Position numbers and translations under genes: made by a program. The notes beneath the pieces were generated by a model, which made no database searches, was not told the origin of the DNA, and was given only the letters and a program-made list of their open reading frames with translations. DNA of 63,408 bases, the filler included, from Octopus bimaculoides (Eukaryota): the NCBI RefSeq assembly GCF_001194135.2. It is 6 parts of 6 records of this genome, joined end to end, with 100 filler letters (N's around TTAATTAATTAA, not from the genome) between each part and the next. Parts side by side here need not be neighbours in the genome. Positions count along the whole stretch, not along the records: positions 37,964 to 52,374 come from NC_068991.1; positions 52,475 to 59,341 come from NC_068990.1; 4 more parts are not named here. One strand, written 5' to 3'. Of the stretch, positions 40,450 to 53,666 are shown one piece after another. Numbering within the stretch: position 1 is the first letter of the stretch; each line of letters begins with the position of its first letter.

Positions 40450-41481
40450 ATGCTACTTCAGATTTGAAAGCCCCTAACGGGTCTCTTGCTCAGCTGTGCC
40501 CCACATATAATAATTAAGGGGTTTGCAGTCTGAGGAGTAAGATGGCCAGATGTTAGGGGTGATGTGGTTGCAGAAATTGTCTGATAGCCATGAGTGGCTT
40601 CTCCTACTTGTGTGGCATGGTGCAGAGCCCTGTTGCCAGACATAGGGTCTTTCAGCAACCATCCTCCTGACCCAGGGCAACACTACCTCCTCCATGTTGA
40701 GTCTGAGGCTGTGTGGAAAGACAAATAGAGGCATAACATCGCCATCACTAGTAATCACTCCAAACATCATGATGTTGGCTGGATGTTTGATTTTTATCAC
40801 TCTCAGTACATGTTTTCGGGACATGGTAAGCCAATGGTTGTTCCGTGTGTTTACTATATGATCCTGACAGAAACTTTTCTTGTCTGAGAAAAACCAGTGC
40901 ATGTTCAATTGGAGGGGGTGCTTGAGTTTGTTCAAAAGCTTTGTAGCGTCATTCCTTTTGTCCTTGATGACTTAGGATAAAAATTGGTCCTTTCTAATCT
41001 TGCATGAGGAATGCCAAATGTCTTCATGCACTACCTGCCTGATAAGAAACTCAGACACTACTATGTCCCTGGCAATGGACCTGATTGACTTGCAGGGATG
41101 GATGTCAATCATGACTTAGATCTCACCAAGAAATTCAGGAGTTCTTTTCTTATCAGAATGATCAGAGAGTTTTCTGAGCTGCTGTACCTTCATAATCACC
41201 ATTACACTCATCCAACTCTTTCCAAATCCTCTGCACTGTTCTCAGATTGACAACCAAACACCCTGAAATGTTCATATAGGAGCTTCTGACACAAATGCTA
41301 AGTAATACAGCATGTCGTTTCGAAATTTCTGGCAAAGTGAATTGCATTATGATACTGTTTTTCTCACTGATGGTGCCCAATTGACCCTACCATAATGTGT
41401 AGTTGACAAAATCAAAAACAAACAATGCACATGCACGAAATTAAAAATGTAAAATGGCGACAATTTACCCATCACACCCTG
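40450..41481 (-). mobile_element. Decayed Tc1/mariner DD37D (maT-type) transposon, one TIR retained
   Basis: TIR CAGGGTGTGATGGGTAAATTG starts at 41481. N-terminus KRHAVLLSI..TVQRIWKEL; catalytic region FFSDKK..IMMFGVITSDGDVMP..PYVWQQ[G]SAPCH..PL[N]YYMWG, with exactly 37 residues between the second and third catalytic positions, both mutated. Confidence 0.9.
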
Positions 41482-41499
41482 AATATATATTATCATCAT

Positions 41500-41845
41500 A
41501 ATCATCATCGTTTCATGTCCGCTTTCCATGCTAGCATGGGTTGGACGATTTGACTGAGGACTGGTGAACCAGATGGCTACACCAGGCTCCAATCTGATTT
41601 GGCAGAGTTTCTACAGCTGGATGTCCTTCCTAACACCAACCACTCCGAGAGTGTAGTGGGTGCTTTTATGTGCCACTGGCAGGAAGGCCAGTCAGGTGCA
41701 CTGGCAACGGCAACACTCAAAATAGTGTATTTTACATGGCACCTGCACAGGAGCCAGTCCAGTGGCACTGGCAATGATCTCGCTCGAATGTCTTTACACG
41801 TTCCACCGGCACAAGTGCCAGAAAGGCAACGCTGGGCACAGGTGC
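41500..41845 (-). mobile_element. Third copy of the RTE-tail short element
   Basis: Colinear with 58155-58560 over the tail-proximal ~170 nt, followed by variant GGCACTGGCAAC repeats. Confidence 0.8.
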
Positions 41846-41864
41846 CATATATACATACATATGA

Positions 41865-41905
<41 letters not shown>

Positions 41906-42554
41906 TACATACATATACACATATATATACATATAAATCTATATATATGCATCTATATATNNNNNNNNNNNNNNNNNNNNNNNNNNNNNNNNNNNNNNNN
42001 NNNNNNNNNNNNNNNNNNNNNNNNNNNNNNNNNNNNNNNNNNNNNNNNNNNNNNNNNNNNNNNNNNNNNNNNNNNNNNNNNNNNNNNNNNNNNNNNNNNN
42101 NNNNNNNNNNNNNNNNNNNNNNNNNNNNNNNNNNNNNNNNNNNNNNNNNNNNNNNNNNNNNNNNNNNNNNNNNNNNNNNNNNNNNNNNNNNNNNNNNNNN
42201 NNNNNNNNNNNNNNNNNNNNNNNNNNNNNNNNNNNNNNNNNNNNNNNNNNNNNNNNNNNNNNNNNNNNNNNNNNNNNNNNNNNNNNNNNNNNNNNNNNNN
42301 NNNNNNNNNNNNNNNNNNNNNNNNNNNNNNNNNNNNNNNNNNNNNNNNNNNNNNNNNNNNNNNNNNNNNNNNNNNNNNNNNNNNNNNNNNNNNNNNNNNN
42401 NNNNNNNNNNNNNNNNNNNNNNNNNNNNNNNNNNNNNNNNNNNNNNNNNNNNNNNNNNNNNNNNNNNNNNNNNNNNNNNNNNNNNNNNNNNNTATATATA
42501 TATATATATATGCATGTATATATGTAATGTGAGATAATACCTTCACTATGTATA

Positions 42555-42835
42555 TATTATATACATAGTGAAAGTATTAAAACTGAAACTATTATCTCAC
42601 ATTACAATAGAGATGTTATTGTTTCACTTTTGGCACGTAATATCGAAACAGTCTAAGAGATTGTTTCAGGCTCACATTAAGCAAGAAGTTGAAAATTTTG
42701 TTGGCCCATGGCACTCCATGGACCGTAAGTAGTGTACGTGTGAAATTTGAATGAAATTAGCTTGGTAGTTCTTGAGTTTTAGTGATGCACACATATAGAC
42801 ACACACACACATTCTCAGTTTTATATACAGATATA
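42555..42835 (+). mobile_element. Probable non-autonomous Helitron-like element
   Basis: TGTGAAATTTGAATGAAATTAG..GATGCACACATATAGACACACAC..ATTCTCAGTTTTATATACAGAT resembles rolling-circle non-autonomous ends. Confidence 0.4.
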
Positions 42836-45800
42836 TATATATATTATGTAAATATATGTATGCATATATCATATACTATTATGTATTATGACAGGATCCA
42901 ATGGGATTGGTCAACCAAATTCGCCTTGTAACCAGATTTGGTAGACGAATACTGAAAGAAGCCAGTTGTGCGTGCGTGTGTGTGTGTTTGTACCCTGCCA
43001 CTGCTTGACAACCAGTCCTGGTGTGTTTACGTTCCCGTAACCTAGTGGTTCTGCAAAAGATACTGATAGAATAAATAGCAAGCTTTAAAAAAAGTATTGG
43101 GGTTAATTCATTCCACTAAAAATTTTTCTAGGCGGTGCCCCAGCATGGTCGTAGTCTAATGACTGGAACAAGTAAAAGAAAACATATATACATACTATAT
43201 ATAGAGAGAGATATACATATACTATATATATACATTTGGAAGACTGGACACATGAGCCTAGAAGACTCATTGTTGTCACTCCACCTGCTAAAAATAGCAG
43301 CCATATTACCTTCAGACCTCGTCCTAATGTCTCAAGAAGAACACACTCACGTTGTACACGCATCTGAAGTACAAGCGGTACGATAATGGCTGGAAGTCCT
43401 GTGATTGAAGGTCTGCATGATGAGCGTTTAGCCGGGGCAAAACAATAAGAAACTTGTAAGGTGTAGTGTCTACCTTAACGAGACAACGGGAAATCTTTTC
43501 AGGAAAGGCTTGTAGTCGAAGCAAAAGCACGTTTGGAATCAACAGAAATGGTCTGAGTCATTGGCATTTCATTTAAAATACGCGCGCGCGCACTTGCTTG
43601 CACAATCACGTCACACACGCACATACAGGTAATATACGCGCGCGCTCACCTAGGCATATGAAAACTTCTTATTTTGTTTTATTTGGAATAGAGTCAACTT
43701 TTGCAGACAAAATTAAAATTGTTTTTGAAATATTTCAGAAACATCAAATGTATATTACTAAGCTGTTTATATCAATTATTGTTTACGTTCCGTTGTAAGT
43801 AGTCACGTACGCTTTTGTCAAATGTCACCTCACATGTGCTTGGGATTTATTCCCGGACAAAATGTTTAGCGGCATTTGTTTTGGCTCTTTATGTCCCGAG
43901 TTCAAATGCTATCGCGATCGACTTAGCTTTTCATTCATTTCGTCGTCGATAAAATAAGTACCAGTTGAGCACTGGGGCGATGTAATTAACTAACTCCTTA
44001 AAATTTCTGACCTTGTGCCAAAATTAGAAAGAATTATCAATATATATTCACACAGGTTTCATAAACAATAAATATCAAAGAAACTATTAAATACTTACCC
44101 TCTTAATTTATTTAAGAAGACAAATAAATCTGTGAAATTGATATTAATAGGAATAGTTATATATATTTTTTAGCAGGTATAAATATAATTTTTGCGCATT
44201 AAATGAACATGATATCTCCCGTAGAAACGAAAAAGTAAAAGGTAAAATAAAAAAGGATCACATTTTTCGATATTGAAAAAAATTAACCTTATTACTATCT
44301 ATCTTATCTAAATACACACGCACGCTTATATANNNNNNNNNNNNNNNNNNNNNNNNNNNNNNNNNNNNNNNNNNNNNNNNNNNNNNNNNNNNNNNNNNNN
44401 NNNNNNNNNNNNNNNNNNNNNNNNNNTATATATATATATATATATATATTCAATATTTGTTAATTAACCCAGTGCGAGTTGAAAGGAACCTTATACCCTT
44501 TTTCATGAAGAAAAGCATACTTTTAGATTAATATTTAGACCTAAAAGAATAAAAACAAACGCATACACCCATTCTTTTATATATAACTCGGATTTGTGGC
44601 TCAAATCAAGTGCAGTCTGCATGTGAGAATGAATATATATATATATATCAGTGAGTCAGAAAAAAAAGCACACCCAACGAAAATTAGACCGGTTTTATTT
44701 TTATATCGACGAGCAGTCTCGACGATGTATGTGTGTGCGTGTGTGAGCACACGTATACATGTAACCTGTTTGGTGCTTAAAGTGTATAACAAATTGAACA
44801 ACTGCAACATTTCCTATTAATTTCTTAACCTTCCCAAAAAGGCACAAAGGTAGCAATTTTGAGAGAAGATACCATCGATTTCAGTACTTGACTGGTAATT
44901 TGTTTTATGAACTCCGAAAGGATAAAAAGTAAAACCGATCTCAGCGGAATAGGGATTAATGCGGTGAAATAACACTGCTATTTTGGGAGTACGTAATTGT
45001 AAACAGTATGCGCGTGCAGTTCGTGTGTGGAGGGAGAACGAGAGAAGGATTTATAGAATAATGTAAGTCCTCGGTGACGCCTTGAAATAGCTTTGTAGGA
45101 ACACAATAAACATATTAATAACATTTGAATTAACAAAATTAGCGGCGAGAGAAAACAGACAAGAAATGATAATAAACCGTAAACCATGTAACATTTTAAC
45201 CCTGAAAACTCTTTTAAACAGACTAAAAAAAGATCACAGTGCATTTCTGAATCGGACGTAAGGGCCTAAATATTTATTTCTTCATTGCCCACAGGAGGCT
45301 AAACTTAGAGGGAAAAAACAAGGGATTAAGTCGATTACATCGATCCTAGTGCATAACTGGTACATATTTAATCGACTCCGAAAGGATGAAAGGTAAAGTC
45401 GACATCGGCAGAATTTGAACTCAGAACGTAAAGACGAGATACTGTTAAGCAATTCGCCCGGCGTGCTAACGTTTCTTATTTCTTTATTACCCACAAGGGG
45501 CTAAACATTAAATATGTTTTTATATTAACAAAGTATTTCATAGTTAATCGGCAAAACATAATTATAGATTATTCAGNNNNNNNNNNNNNNNNNNNNNNNN
45601 NNNNNNNNNNNNNNNNNNNNNNNNNNNNNNNNNNNNNNNNNNNNNNNNNNNNNNNNNNNNNNNNNNNNNNNNNNNNNNNNNNNNNNNNNNNNNNNNNNNN
45701 NNNNNNNNNNNNNNNNNNNNNNNNNNNNNNNNNNNNNNNNNNNNNNNNNNNNNNNNNNNNNNNNNNNNNNNNNNNNNNNNNNNNNNNNNNNNNNNNNNNN

Positions 45801-46799
45801 NNNNNNNNNNNNNNNNNNNNNNNNNNNNNNNNNNNNNNNNNNNNNNNNNNNNNNNNNNNNNNNNNNNNNNNNNNNNNNNNNNNNNNNNNNNNNNNNNNNN
45901 NNNNNNNNNNNNNNNNNNNNNNNNNNNNNNNNNNNNNNNNNNNNNNNNNNNNNNNNNNNNNNNNNNNNNNNNNNNNNNNNNNNNNNNNNNNNNNNNNNNN
46001 NNNNNNNNNNNNNNNNNNNNNNNNNNNNNNNNNNNNNNNNNNNNNNNNNNNNNNNNNNNNNNNNNNNNNNNNNNNNNNNNNNNNNNNNNNNNNNNNNNNN
46101 NNNNNNNNNNNNNNNNNNNNNNNNNNNNNNNNNNNNNNNNNNNNNNNNNNNNNNNNNNNNNNNNNNNNNNNNNNNNNNNNNNNNNNNNNNNNNNNNNNNN
46201 NNNNNNNNNNNNNNNNNNNNNNNNNNNNNNNNNNNNNNNNNNNNNNNNNNNNNNNNNNNNNNNNNNNNNNNNNNNNNNNNNNNNNNNNNNNNNNNNNNNN
46301 NNNNNNNNNNNNNNNNNNNNNNNNNNNNNNNNNNNNNNNNNNNNNNNNNNNNNNNNNNNNNNNNNNNNNNNNNNNNNNNNNNNNNNNNNNNNNNNNNNNN
46401 NNNNNNNNNNNNNNNNNNNNNNNNNNNNNNNNNNNNNNNNNNNNNTTCCGTTGTCAAACAGATGCCCATAAAACAAAATGTTTACATAAACGGACAATTA
46501 ATTTATATGTAGGGACTACAGACAAACATTTATTAATTGTTGAAGCATCGTTTCAATTGTTTTTTTTTTCTAAGGGAAATTACTAACAGACCTTAAAATA
46601 ATGTGATAAAATCACACACATACCTATGCATGTGTGTGTGTGCGTGCGCGCACGCATTAGGGCTTTCGTCTGTCTGGTTGACCGCATATTATGTACCTGG
46701 ATACACAGGCCTAGGTAAGTTTTTTTTTTTTTTCAAGTTTCTCCTTTCCACTACTGATTTTTGCCCAAGGGAAAGGTCACTACCTTAGGGCTCATACAC

Positions 46800-47310
46800 C
46801 TTGACACCCGTATTATCCCAAGCATTGCTGCTAGGACACAAAGGCCCAGAACACTATTCTAAACAACAGTGGTTCTGTAAGCAGTACTCCATGGAGAAAG
46901 CCTCCACTTTTACTACCTGCTTTGAATCAAACTCCACACTACACACCCTTAGCCAATCCCTTCTGCCCTACAAGTTTCCTATCCTGCATACACACACGCC
47001 AAGTGCAGAAATACATCCATCTGCTTCAAACAAACAAAAGCCACCAGCTTTGACACTGTTCCTTCCACCACACTCAAACATTGTGTAGCAGAGCTTGCTC
47101 TTATACTCACCAAACACTTTTAATCTTTTACTCTCTACAGGAAAGTGCTGAGACATTTGGAAGCACACTTCAGTGATTCCCATTCCAAAGAAAGGCAACC
47201 TCTCTGACCCAACCAACTATCATCCTCTTGTTCTCTTAAAAGAAAATAGGAACAGCCAATAACAGTGACGTTCTCCATCACCTTGAATCTCTCTCCCTAC
47301 AACAACCACA
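46800..47310 (+). mobile_element. CR1/L2/Jockey-group LINE, RT N-terminal fragment
   Basis: Broken frames GFDTVPSTTLKHCVAELALILTK..FNLLLSTGK..WKHTSVIPIPKKGNLSDPTNYHPL..HHLES. Confidence 0.8.
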
Positions 47311-48179
47311 AGTATATTTTAGTTATAGTCATTAATTCATTGTTGGTGGTCCACAATATTGGGTAGGTTGCGTGTGAAGGCGAGAATGACCACTCTAATA
47401 TTTGTATAAGTTTCCATATTTTTTTTATTTCTCATTTGCATTTACATGTGTACAAATATTTGATTTTTATGGAAAAACATTCATGAGATAAAGAATGGAA
47501 TAGATAAAAGTCTTCTGTACTACAACAGGCAAGATAATTTTATGAAAATAGTTCATAGTTATTGAAGACAGAATAAGTAGAAATGAGTGAGAACTACAAT
47601 ATGTAAGTAATATGTGTATGATTCGGCATTACAACCCAAGGTTGGTACCTTTTGTCGAACATGACACGAGCATATGAAGTAAGGAGAAGTAAAGGAGGTT
47701 AAGAGACCATTTCATGCAGCAGAGAGACATGGCTCTGCATGGGAATCAGTTCGCCAGCTTTTTATAATCTGACAGAACTTGTCTGGAAAGTTCGGCCAGG
47801 CTGTTTGGTGTGGAGATTCTAGCTTACTTGGTTGTATACCAGCTGAACTGACTGGCTGATATTCGTGAAGACGTTGGCACCTCTTAAGACGACACGATTA
47901 ATGTTTCATAACTCTCCTTGCCGTTTATGACAGTTTGGTAGACTGTGGTCCTTAGCTGGGGAACCTGAATGCAATTTTCAAAACTCAGCAGGAACCTTGC
48001 TATGGTAGTCTTCCTGCAGTGAGTTTGTTATAACACAAATGAAACGAAAATATATTTACATGTAACAAAAATAGAACAACTACAGTAAATACATTACATC
48101 ACGTAAACCATAAGAAAAAAAATCACAATGTACACAGAGTTCAAAATAGTCCAATATATGTATAAATTATTATAGCACA

Positions 48180-50722
48180 AAAAATGGCATTACACATGTT
48201 GGCAGGTCACTTTTAGTAGTATTGTCTTTTTGAGGAACAATAGATTCGTGTACTAATGGTATCTGTATATGTCTAAGTGAATTTGATGTTGTTTGTGAAG
48301 ATGTGCCTTCCTTGTGATGGGCATTAATGTAAGCGTTCTAAGTCTTCACTGTTTACTATCAGGGCAGTAATTTCGGTAAGTCCGACATACACTACAGCAG
48401 ATGATACACATAACTGGACGGATCGTGACACGTGTTAGAATCTCCAATTGTCTCACAACAAGGAAGAGTTAAAGTTGTGTCATAAAGCAGCTCTACTAGA
48501 GTAAAAGCTAGGTCTGCCTTAATTGACGTTCCCAAACCCATTAGTATAATAGGCAGATATTAGAAAGCAGTGCCTTGTTTGTAAAAAATTTTGGACCTGG
48601 GTTTGCATCCCCTAAGCAAATTTCATTCCCGATCCAGGAATTGGGTTAACTCAGTAAGCAAGTTGCCGGCTTGTGTCAGTTGTTATTATCGCTGGAGTTC
48701 CAAAATACGAAATCCCATGGAAAAGCAACGCTTTTGCTACCGTTGAACATGAAACATCTCTAATCAATACAGGTCAACAGATAGGTTTAGTCCTGAACAG
48801 GAGATAAGGGCACAGCAATCTATATGTGTAAGTGTTGAAAACGAGCGTCCGGTGCAACTAAAGTTTAGAGGAGAGATTTAATATGTAGATATATTTCTGC
48901 TTTTTGACAACATATACAATTCCTAGCTCACTGACGAACATCTGTTCATATTTGGCCAAATGAAACGAGCTGTAATGAAATTTTTATGATGTTGCAACTT
49001 CCAGATGAGACAAATTGTGAAGGAAAAAAAAAAAAATTAACGTCTCTGTTTAGCGGGTACAAAAGGCCACTCATGGCCAATAGAAATATCACACAAACAT
49101 GTTTCAGAGAAGCAAGAAGAGGAACAAGATGGAATTCTAAGGAAGATGACACTGATTATTGTAGTAATTTTCATCTGCTTTCTGACCCGTGATAACATTT
49201 TCTAAATCAACAGAATCATTGGACTGCAACAGCACCTTTATTAGAGCACTAGATACAACGAATATTGGCAGTAAACTGCGATAAAAATCAAGATGCCTAA
49301 TTTCCTTTGGAGAATGTTTAGAGATTGAAAAGCAAAAGTTTACGGCTTATGGTCAATATATATGACTAAGTTTCTTCCAGAAAATTACGAAAATGCTTAA
49401 CAGATAAATATATCAATTATAAATCCCGATCAAAAGTACAATATCTAAATACAGCTAGTTTCAAATTCTTCGAAGAGGGCAAAGGCTGCAAGAGTCCAGG
49501 ATAAATTGTAAAACACTACCAATTTCCCACGTCAGAAGCACTCACAAACAGAAGAAAGGGGTGCAGCAGGTATCAGATAAGGTCAAATAACCTTGGATTT
49601 CTTTTTAATCTCGTTAGTTAGTTGGTTCCTCTTATACCACGTGGAACATGGGGCAGCAACAAAAGATCTCCAGCCTCTGCGGTTTTCTACGAGAAATTTG
49701 GCGTCCTTCCAGTTCAACTTCTCTGCAAATAAATCCTTCAGAACTGTCCTCTTGTATGTTATTAATGGATGTCCGCTTTTCCATCTTCTGACTTCCAATC
49801 GAAGGAGAGCTTTGGGTGTTTTTTTTTATGGCATTCTGTTTCTGCTTGGTTCTCCCATAGACTTCTTCATTGGTTATTCTGGCTTGCCAAGAGATGATAA
49901 TCTCGTAAAGCAATTGTAATTCTTCCGCTGTTAGAAGAAAGTTCTCATTGTTTCTCTTTCTGATTAGGTGACAATTCAGTTAAAAGATAAATTCAGCACT
50001 GCAGAATAAAAAGTCCGTAAAAATTCATTAAGCCAAAAAATTCGTATAATTTTTATCAGTAAACTTTGGAAGGAGTCGCAGAATTCCAGAGTCTAAAAAG
50101 GTATCCTAATGAATTCATAGCCCAAAAGATGTGGTAATAGTTGTCTTGCAAATGTTTCTGGATTCTATCGGAATCTGGTTATATACACAAACTAAATCTA
50201 TCTTTGAAAAATCTGTAGCACCATGTAGAGATGATGAGAAATCATGATGTGAGGAATAGGATATTTATCAGACACCGTTTTGGCTTTTAACATCCTACAG
50301 CCACCACAGGGACGCCAATCACCTTTGGTCCTTTTCGAGATTAACATGCAGTTTACGGTTGTAAAAAAGTCAAGGTAATTGTCCTAAAGATTCTGAAAAT
50401 TGCGATATAAACCGGAAATGACGACAGTGACATCCTATGTGTAGTCTAAAAATCCCAAACATTTCGTTCTGTGGATGGTCTCTTAGCTACATATACATAA
50501 GTTAAATGGCTCTTCTCAAAAAGTGAATTGGCTAATATAGTCCGACCGAATCCACAGGAACAGCACCACCACTTCCCGTCGATTCTTTCTCTTTATCTTA
50601 TTAATCGTGTAGGATCATTGCATTGCTCACCGAATTTCCTAAGTGATGTCCGACGCTGGACATAATACATTGGAATAGTGTAATTCAGCTGCTAATTCTG
50701 AAATACTTAACATAACACGAGA

Positions 50723-50758
<36 letters not shown>

Positions 50759-52300
50759 TGCATGTGGACATGTCACAATGAGGAGTTCTTTTTTGAAATT
50801 TTGGGATGTAACTGTTATCACAGTTTACTTTCACCTTTTTTATCTCTCACTTGTTTCAGTCATTAGACTGCAGTCATGCAGGAGCACCACTTTGAATAAT
50901 TTTTTGTCGAATGAATCGACCCGTGTTATTTTTTTTAAAGCCTGGTAATTATTCTATCAGTCGCTTTTGTTGANNNNNNNNNNNNNNNNNNNNNNNNNNN
51001 NNNNNNNNNNNNNNNNNNNNNNNNNNNNNNNNNNNNNNNNNNNNNNNNNNNNNNNNNNNNNNNNNNNNNNNNNNNNNNNNNNNNNNNNNNNNNNNNNNNN
51101 NNNNCATATAAGATGGGCTTCTTTCAGTTTCCATCTATCAAATCTATTCACAAGGCTTTGGTTGGCTCGAGGCTATAGTAGAAGACACTTACCCAAATGG
51201 CAGTGCAGTGGGGCTGAACCTGGAACCATGTGGTTAGGAAGCAAGCTTCTTATCACACAACCACACTTGCGTTTAACTCTTTTTGGTACCATATGAAGAG
51301 GAGAAGTCCCTATTAGTTGAAGAAGGTCGAATAATACTAAATGCATCTTTCACAAATTTCACTCTGAGTAGAGTAAGGTGTCCAGAAGGAGCAGAAACAG
51401 GTGGTCCAGTGCCAACTATGATGTATTAGTGAATGTAATGGCTTCAGAATCAATTGATTTTAGATTTTTCAAATCGACTAGGAGACCAAATGATTGAGAA
51501 AACCGACACTAAAAATTGAATACAGAAGAGCAGCTATAACGAAAATCTATTAAAAAACTTTGTGTAAGTTTAAGTCCAACGTCATAAATTTTTCTCCGTA
51601 AGTGGGTATTGTATTGCTGAATGACTTACAGCTTGTAACATAACCGCTGTCGGCTGCCGTGTGCCTTGTAAAAAACTGTAAGGCCAAATACTGCAGCACC
51701 AGTATTGACTAGAAAGAGAGATTTCGAAGAAGAATCAAAAACATAAAATAAGTGATACAGTGGAGGAGACTGCAAAGAGGAGATACAATCATGTTTATTC
51801 CTTGGTGTCGACGTTTTCCTGTTACTTAGAAGATAGAAAAGAACAAGGTGCGGTTAGCTTACAGTTTTAATGTCCTGAAAAAGTGGAACAAATTGCAATA
51901 GAAATTGTGAGTGACAACAGTGAAATGTGATAATTTCATTATATTTATATAGCATGAAAAGAATGCATAGAACATTTATATAACTTTTTCATGCTCTCTG
52001 AATCTAATGTGTCACATATGCTTATACAGATACGATGTAAATAAAGCATCACTGGAGTGACTCGCATGTCACTCAAGTTTGTTTTTGGCGTGTATCCACC
52101 AACTTTCGATAGTCTGTATACGAATGCTCTCATCATTGGATCAAGAAAATTTAAAGAATAGTTCACGACTATATATTTAAGGTAAACTAGGAAGCCCACC
52201 CATCCGATAATATCAAACACGTTTTTGTGGCTTTTCACTCGTGTTTTCAGTTGAATATACTACGTTGCTGCAGTATACTTCAGCAGCTGTTTCAGAAATA
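48180..52300 (-). mobile_element. Decayed Ty3/Gypsy LTR retrotransposon internal region (gag?-PR-RT-RNaseH-IN), multiply interrupted, no LTR identified
   Basis: Manual minus-strand translation through stops and frameshifts: protease LFYVFDSSSKSLFLVNTGAAV (about 51700); RT IIRPSS..SPLHMVPK (about 51300) and [37 protein letters not shown] (50100-50330); RNase H ASDVG..RYCTFDRDL..KHFRNFLE..IDHKP (49300-49550); integrase H2C2 LHNLSH..ARFIWPNM..CICCQK and core PDARFQHLHI..TYLLTCID..FGTPAIITTD..TELTQFL..YLPIILMG (48450-49100). Domain order RT-RH-IN defines Gypsy. The gag part is tentative. Confidence 0.9.
49615..49897 (-). mobile_element. 5'-truncated RTE-type LINE 3' end nested in the Gypsy pol, 9-bp TSD
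   Basis: Encodes IISWQARITNEEVY...WKDAKFLVENRRGWRSFVAAPCSTWYKRN and ends in a (TAAC)n tail. Flanked by TAATCTCGT at 49606-49614 and 49898-49906. Confidence 0.85.
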
Positions 52301-52489
52301 TCAATGCTATCACTTAGAAGATACTAAATAACTAAGGGCCCGTGTTTATGAAATTATAGGATTTCGTCATCGTCNNNNNNNNNNNNNNNNNNNNNNNNNN
52401 NNNNNNNNNNNNNNNNNNTTAATTAATTAANNNNNNNNNNNNNNNNNNNNNNNNNNNNNNNNNNNNNNNNNNNNATATACCGCCTAACT

Positions 52490-52778
52490 GGCCTTTGTAG
52501 GGTTTTCGAGCGAGATCGTTGCCAGTGCACCTGGACTGGCTCTTGTGCAGGTGGCACATAAAAGACACCATTTCGAGTGTGGCCGTTTTCGTGCGGGTGA
52601 CACGTAAAAGCACCCACTACACTCTCTGAGTGGTTGGCGTTAGGAAGGGCATCCAGTTGTAGAAACTCTGCCAAATTAGATTGGAGCCTGGTGTTGCCAT
52701 CCGGTTTCACCAGTCCTCAGTCAAATCGTCCAACCCATGCTAGCATGGAAGGCAGACATTAAACGATGATGATGATGA
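52490..52778 (+). mobile_element. Short element with an RTE-type 3' end and (GAT)n tail
   Basis: Contains TTGGCGTTAGGAAGGGCATCCAG..CCAACCCATGCTAGCATGGAA..(GAT)n and is almost identical to the reverse complement of 58165-58400. Confidence 0.82.
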
Positions 52779-53551
52779 TCATCATCATTTCACCTGTCTT
52801 TACATTCTGTCTTCAACTTCCGCTGAAGTTATCTTTGCTTTTCGGCCTTTTGAGATTGATGAAGTAAGTACCAGTTGAGTACTGAAGTTGATGCAATTGA
52901 CTAGTCCCCTTGCTTAAAATTTCAGGCTTTCTGCTTAGAATAGAAGGTATTACTATTATTATATTTAGGGCAGGGTGCTAGAAGAATCATTGACTCATTA
53001 GATAACATATGTTGTAACTCTTTTCATTCTGGGTCCTATTCCTGTCAAAGTCAACTTTGCCTTTCATTGGGTTCCATAAAATAAAACAACAGTCAAGTGC
53101 GAGGGTCAGTTGTATTGACTACCCTCTCCTCTTCAAATTACTGCCTAATTTAGAAACAACTGTTATTTTTAAATTGCTTTTACTTGAATTTTTCTATATT
53201 AACAGAAAAGACATGTTCACCAAAAAAAGGTGATCTACAAAATGTCTTGCCCTCTTGTATACAATAATAGCTGTAGTTAACATTTCAGTGTCTGACTACA
53301 TGGTTAGTTTCCCCAACATCTGATTCCTACAAATACAGTGTATTTTTTTTTGTTTTTACATTTTACTGAAATCAGATTGAGTTAGAAATGGCATTAAATT
53401 TTTCAAAATGCTCATCTTCTTATTAGTTATGCTGTGGTACACTTTTTGTATTTGTTATATATTTTTTTGATTGGTTTGAGATTATCAGACTTAAAATTTT
53501 ATATTTTAATACCAAAGGGTTTGTATTGTTTTCTCCTGTTTTTTTTTTTAG

Positions 53552-53666
53552 TTATATCTAATAGCAGCTCACCTGTGGCCAAATGACCCAGAGGAATGGG
53601 CACGTCTCGCTCATATGTCAAAAGAACTGAATAACCCCAGGCAAGCTATTGCTTGTTATAGTAAAG
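53552..53666 (+). CDS. GTF3C3: Internal coding exon of general transcription factor IIIC subunit 3 (TFIIIC102), TPR region
   Basis: Poly-T acceptor ending AG at 53551 and donor GTAATT at 53667. The 115 nt translate as LYLIAAHLWPNDPEEWARLAHMSKELNNPRQAIACYSK plus 1 nt, matching remembered human GTF3C3 FELIAAHLNPSDTEEWVRLAEMSLEQDNIKQAIFCYTK. Too short for the ORF track. Confidence 0.93.

Noticed and set aside
47341-48180. Possible 3' LTR or PBS of the Gypsy element
   Set aside because: No second copy in the window to define an LTR, and the PBS-like match is weak.
51712-51847. Plus-strand open stretch ending in a GTGCGG donor-like site, considered as an upstream GTF3C3 exon
   Set aside because: No similarity to GTF3C3; it is the antisense of the Gypsy gag/protease region.
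53206-53270. AG followed by KKGDLQNVL, weakly like GTF3C3 QGDMEKSLQ
   Set aside because: The similarity is marginal, a stop follows and there is no suitable donor.
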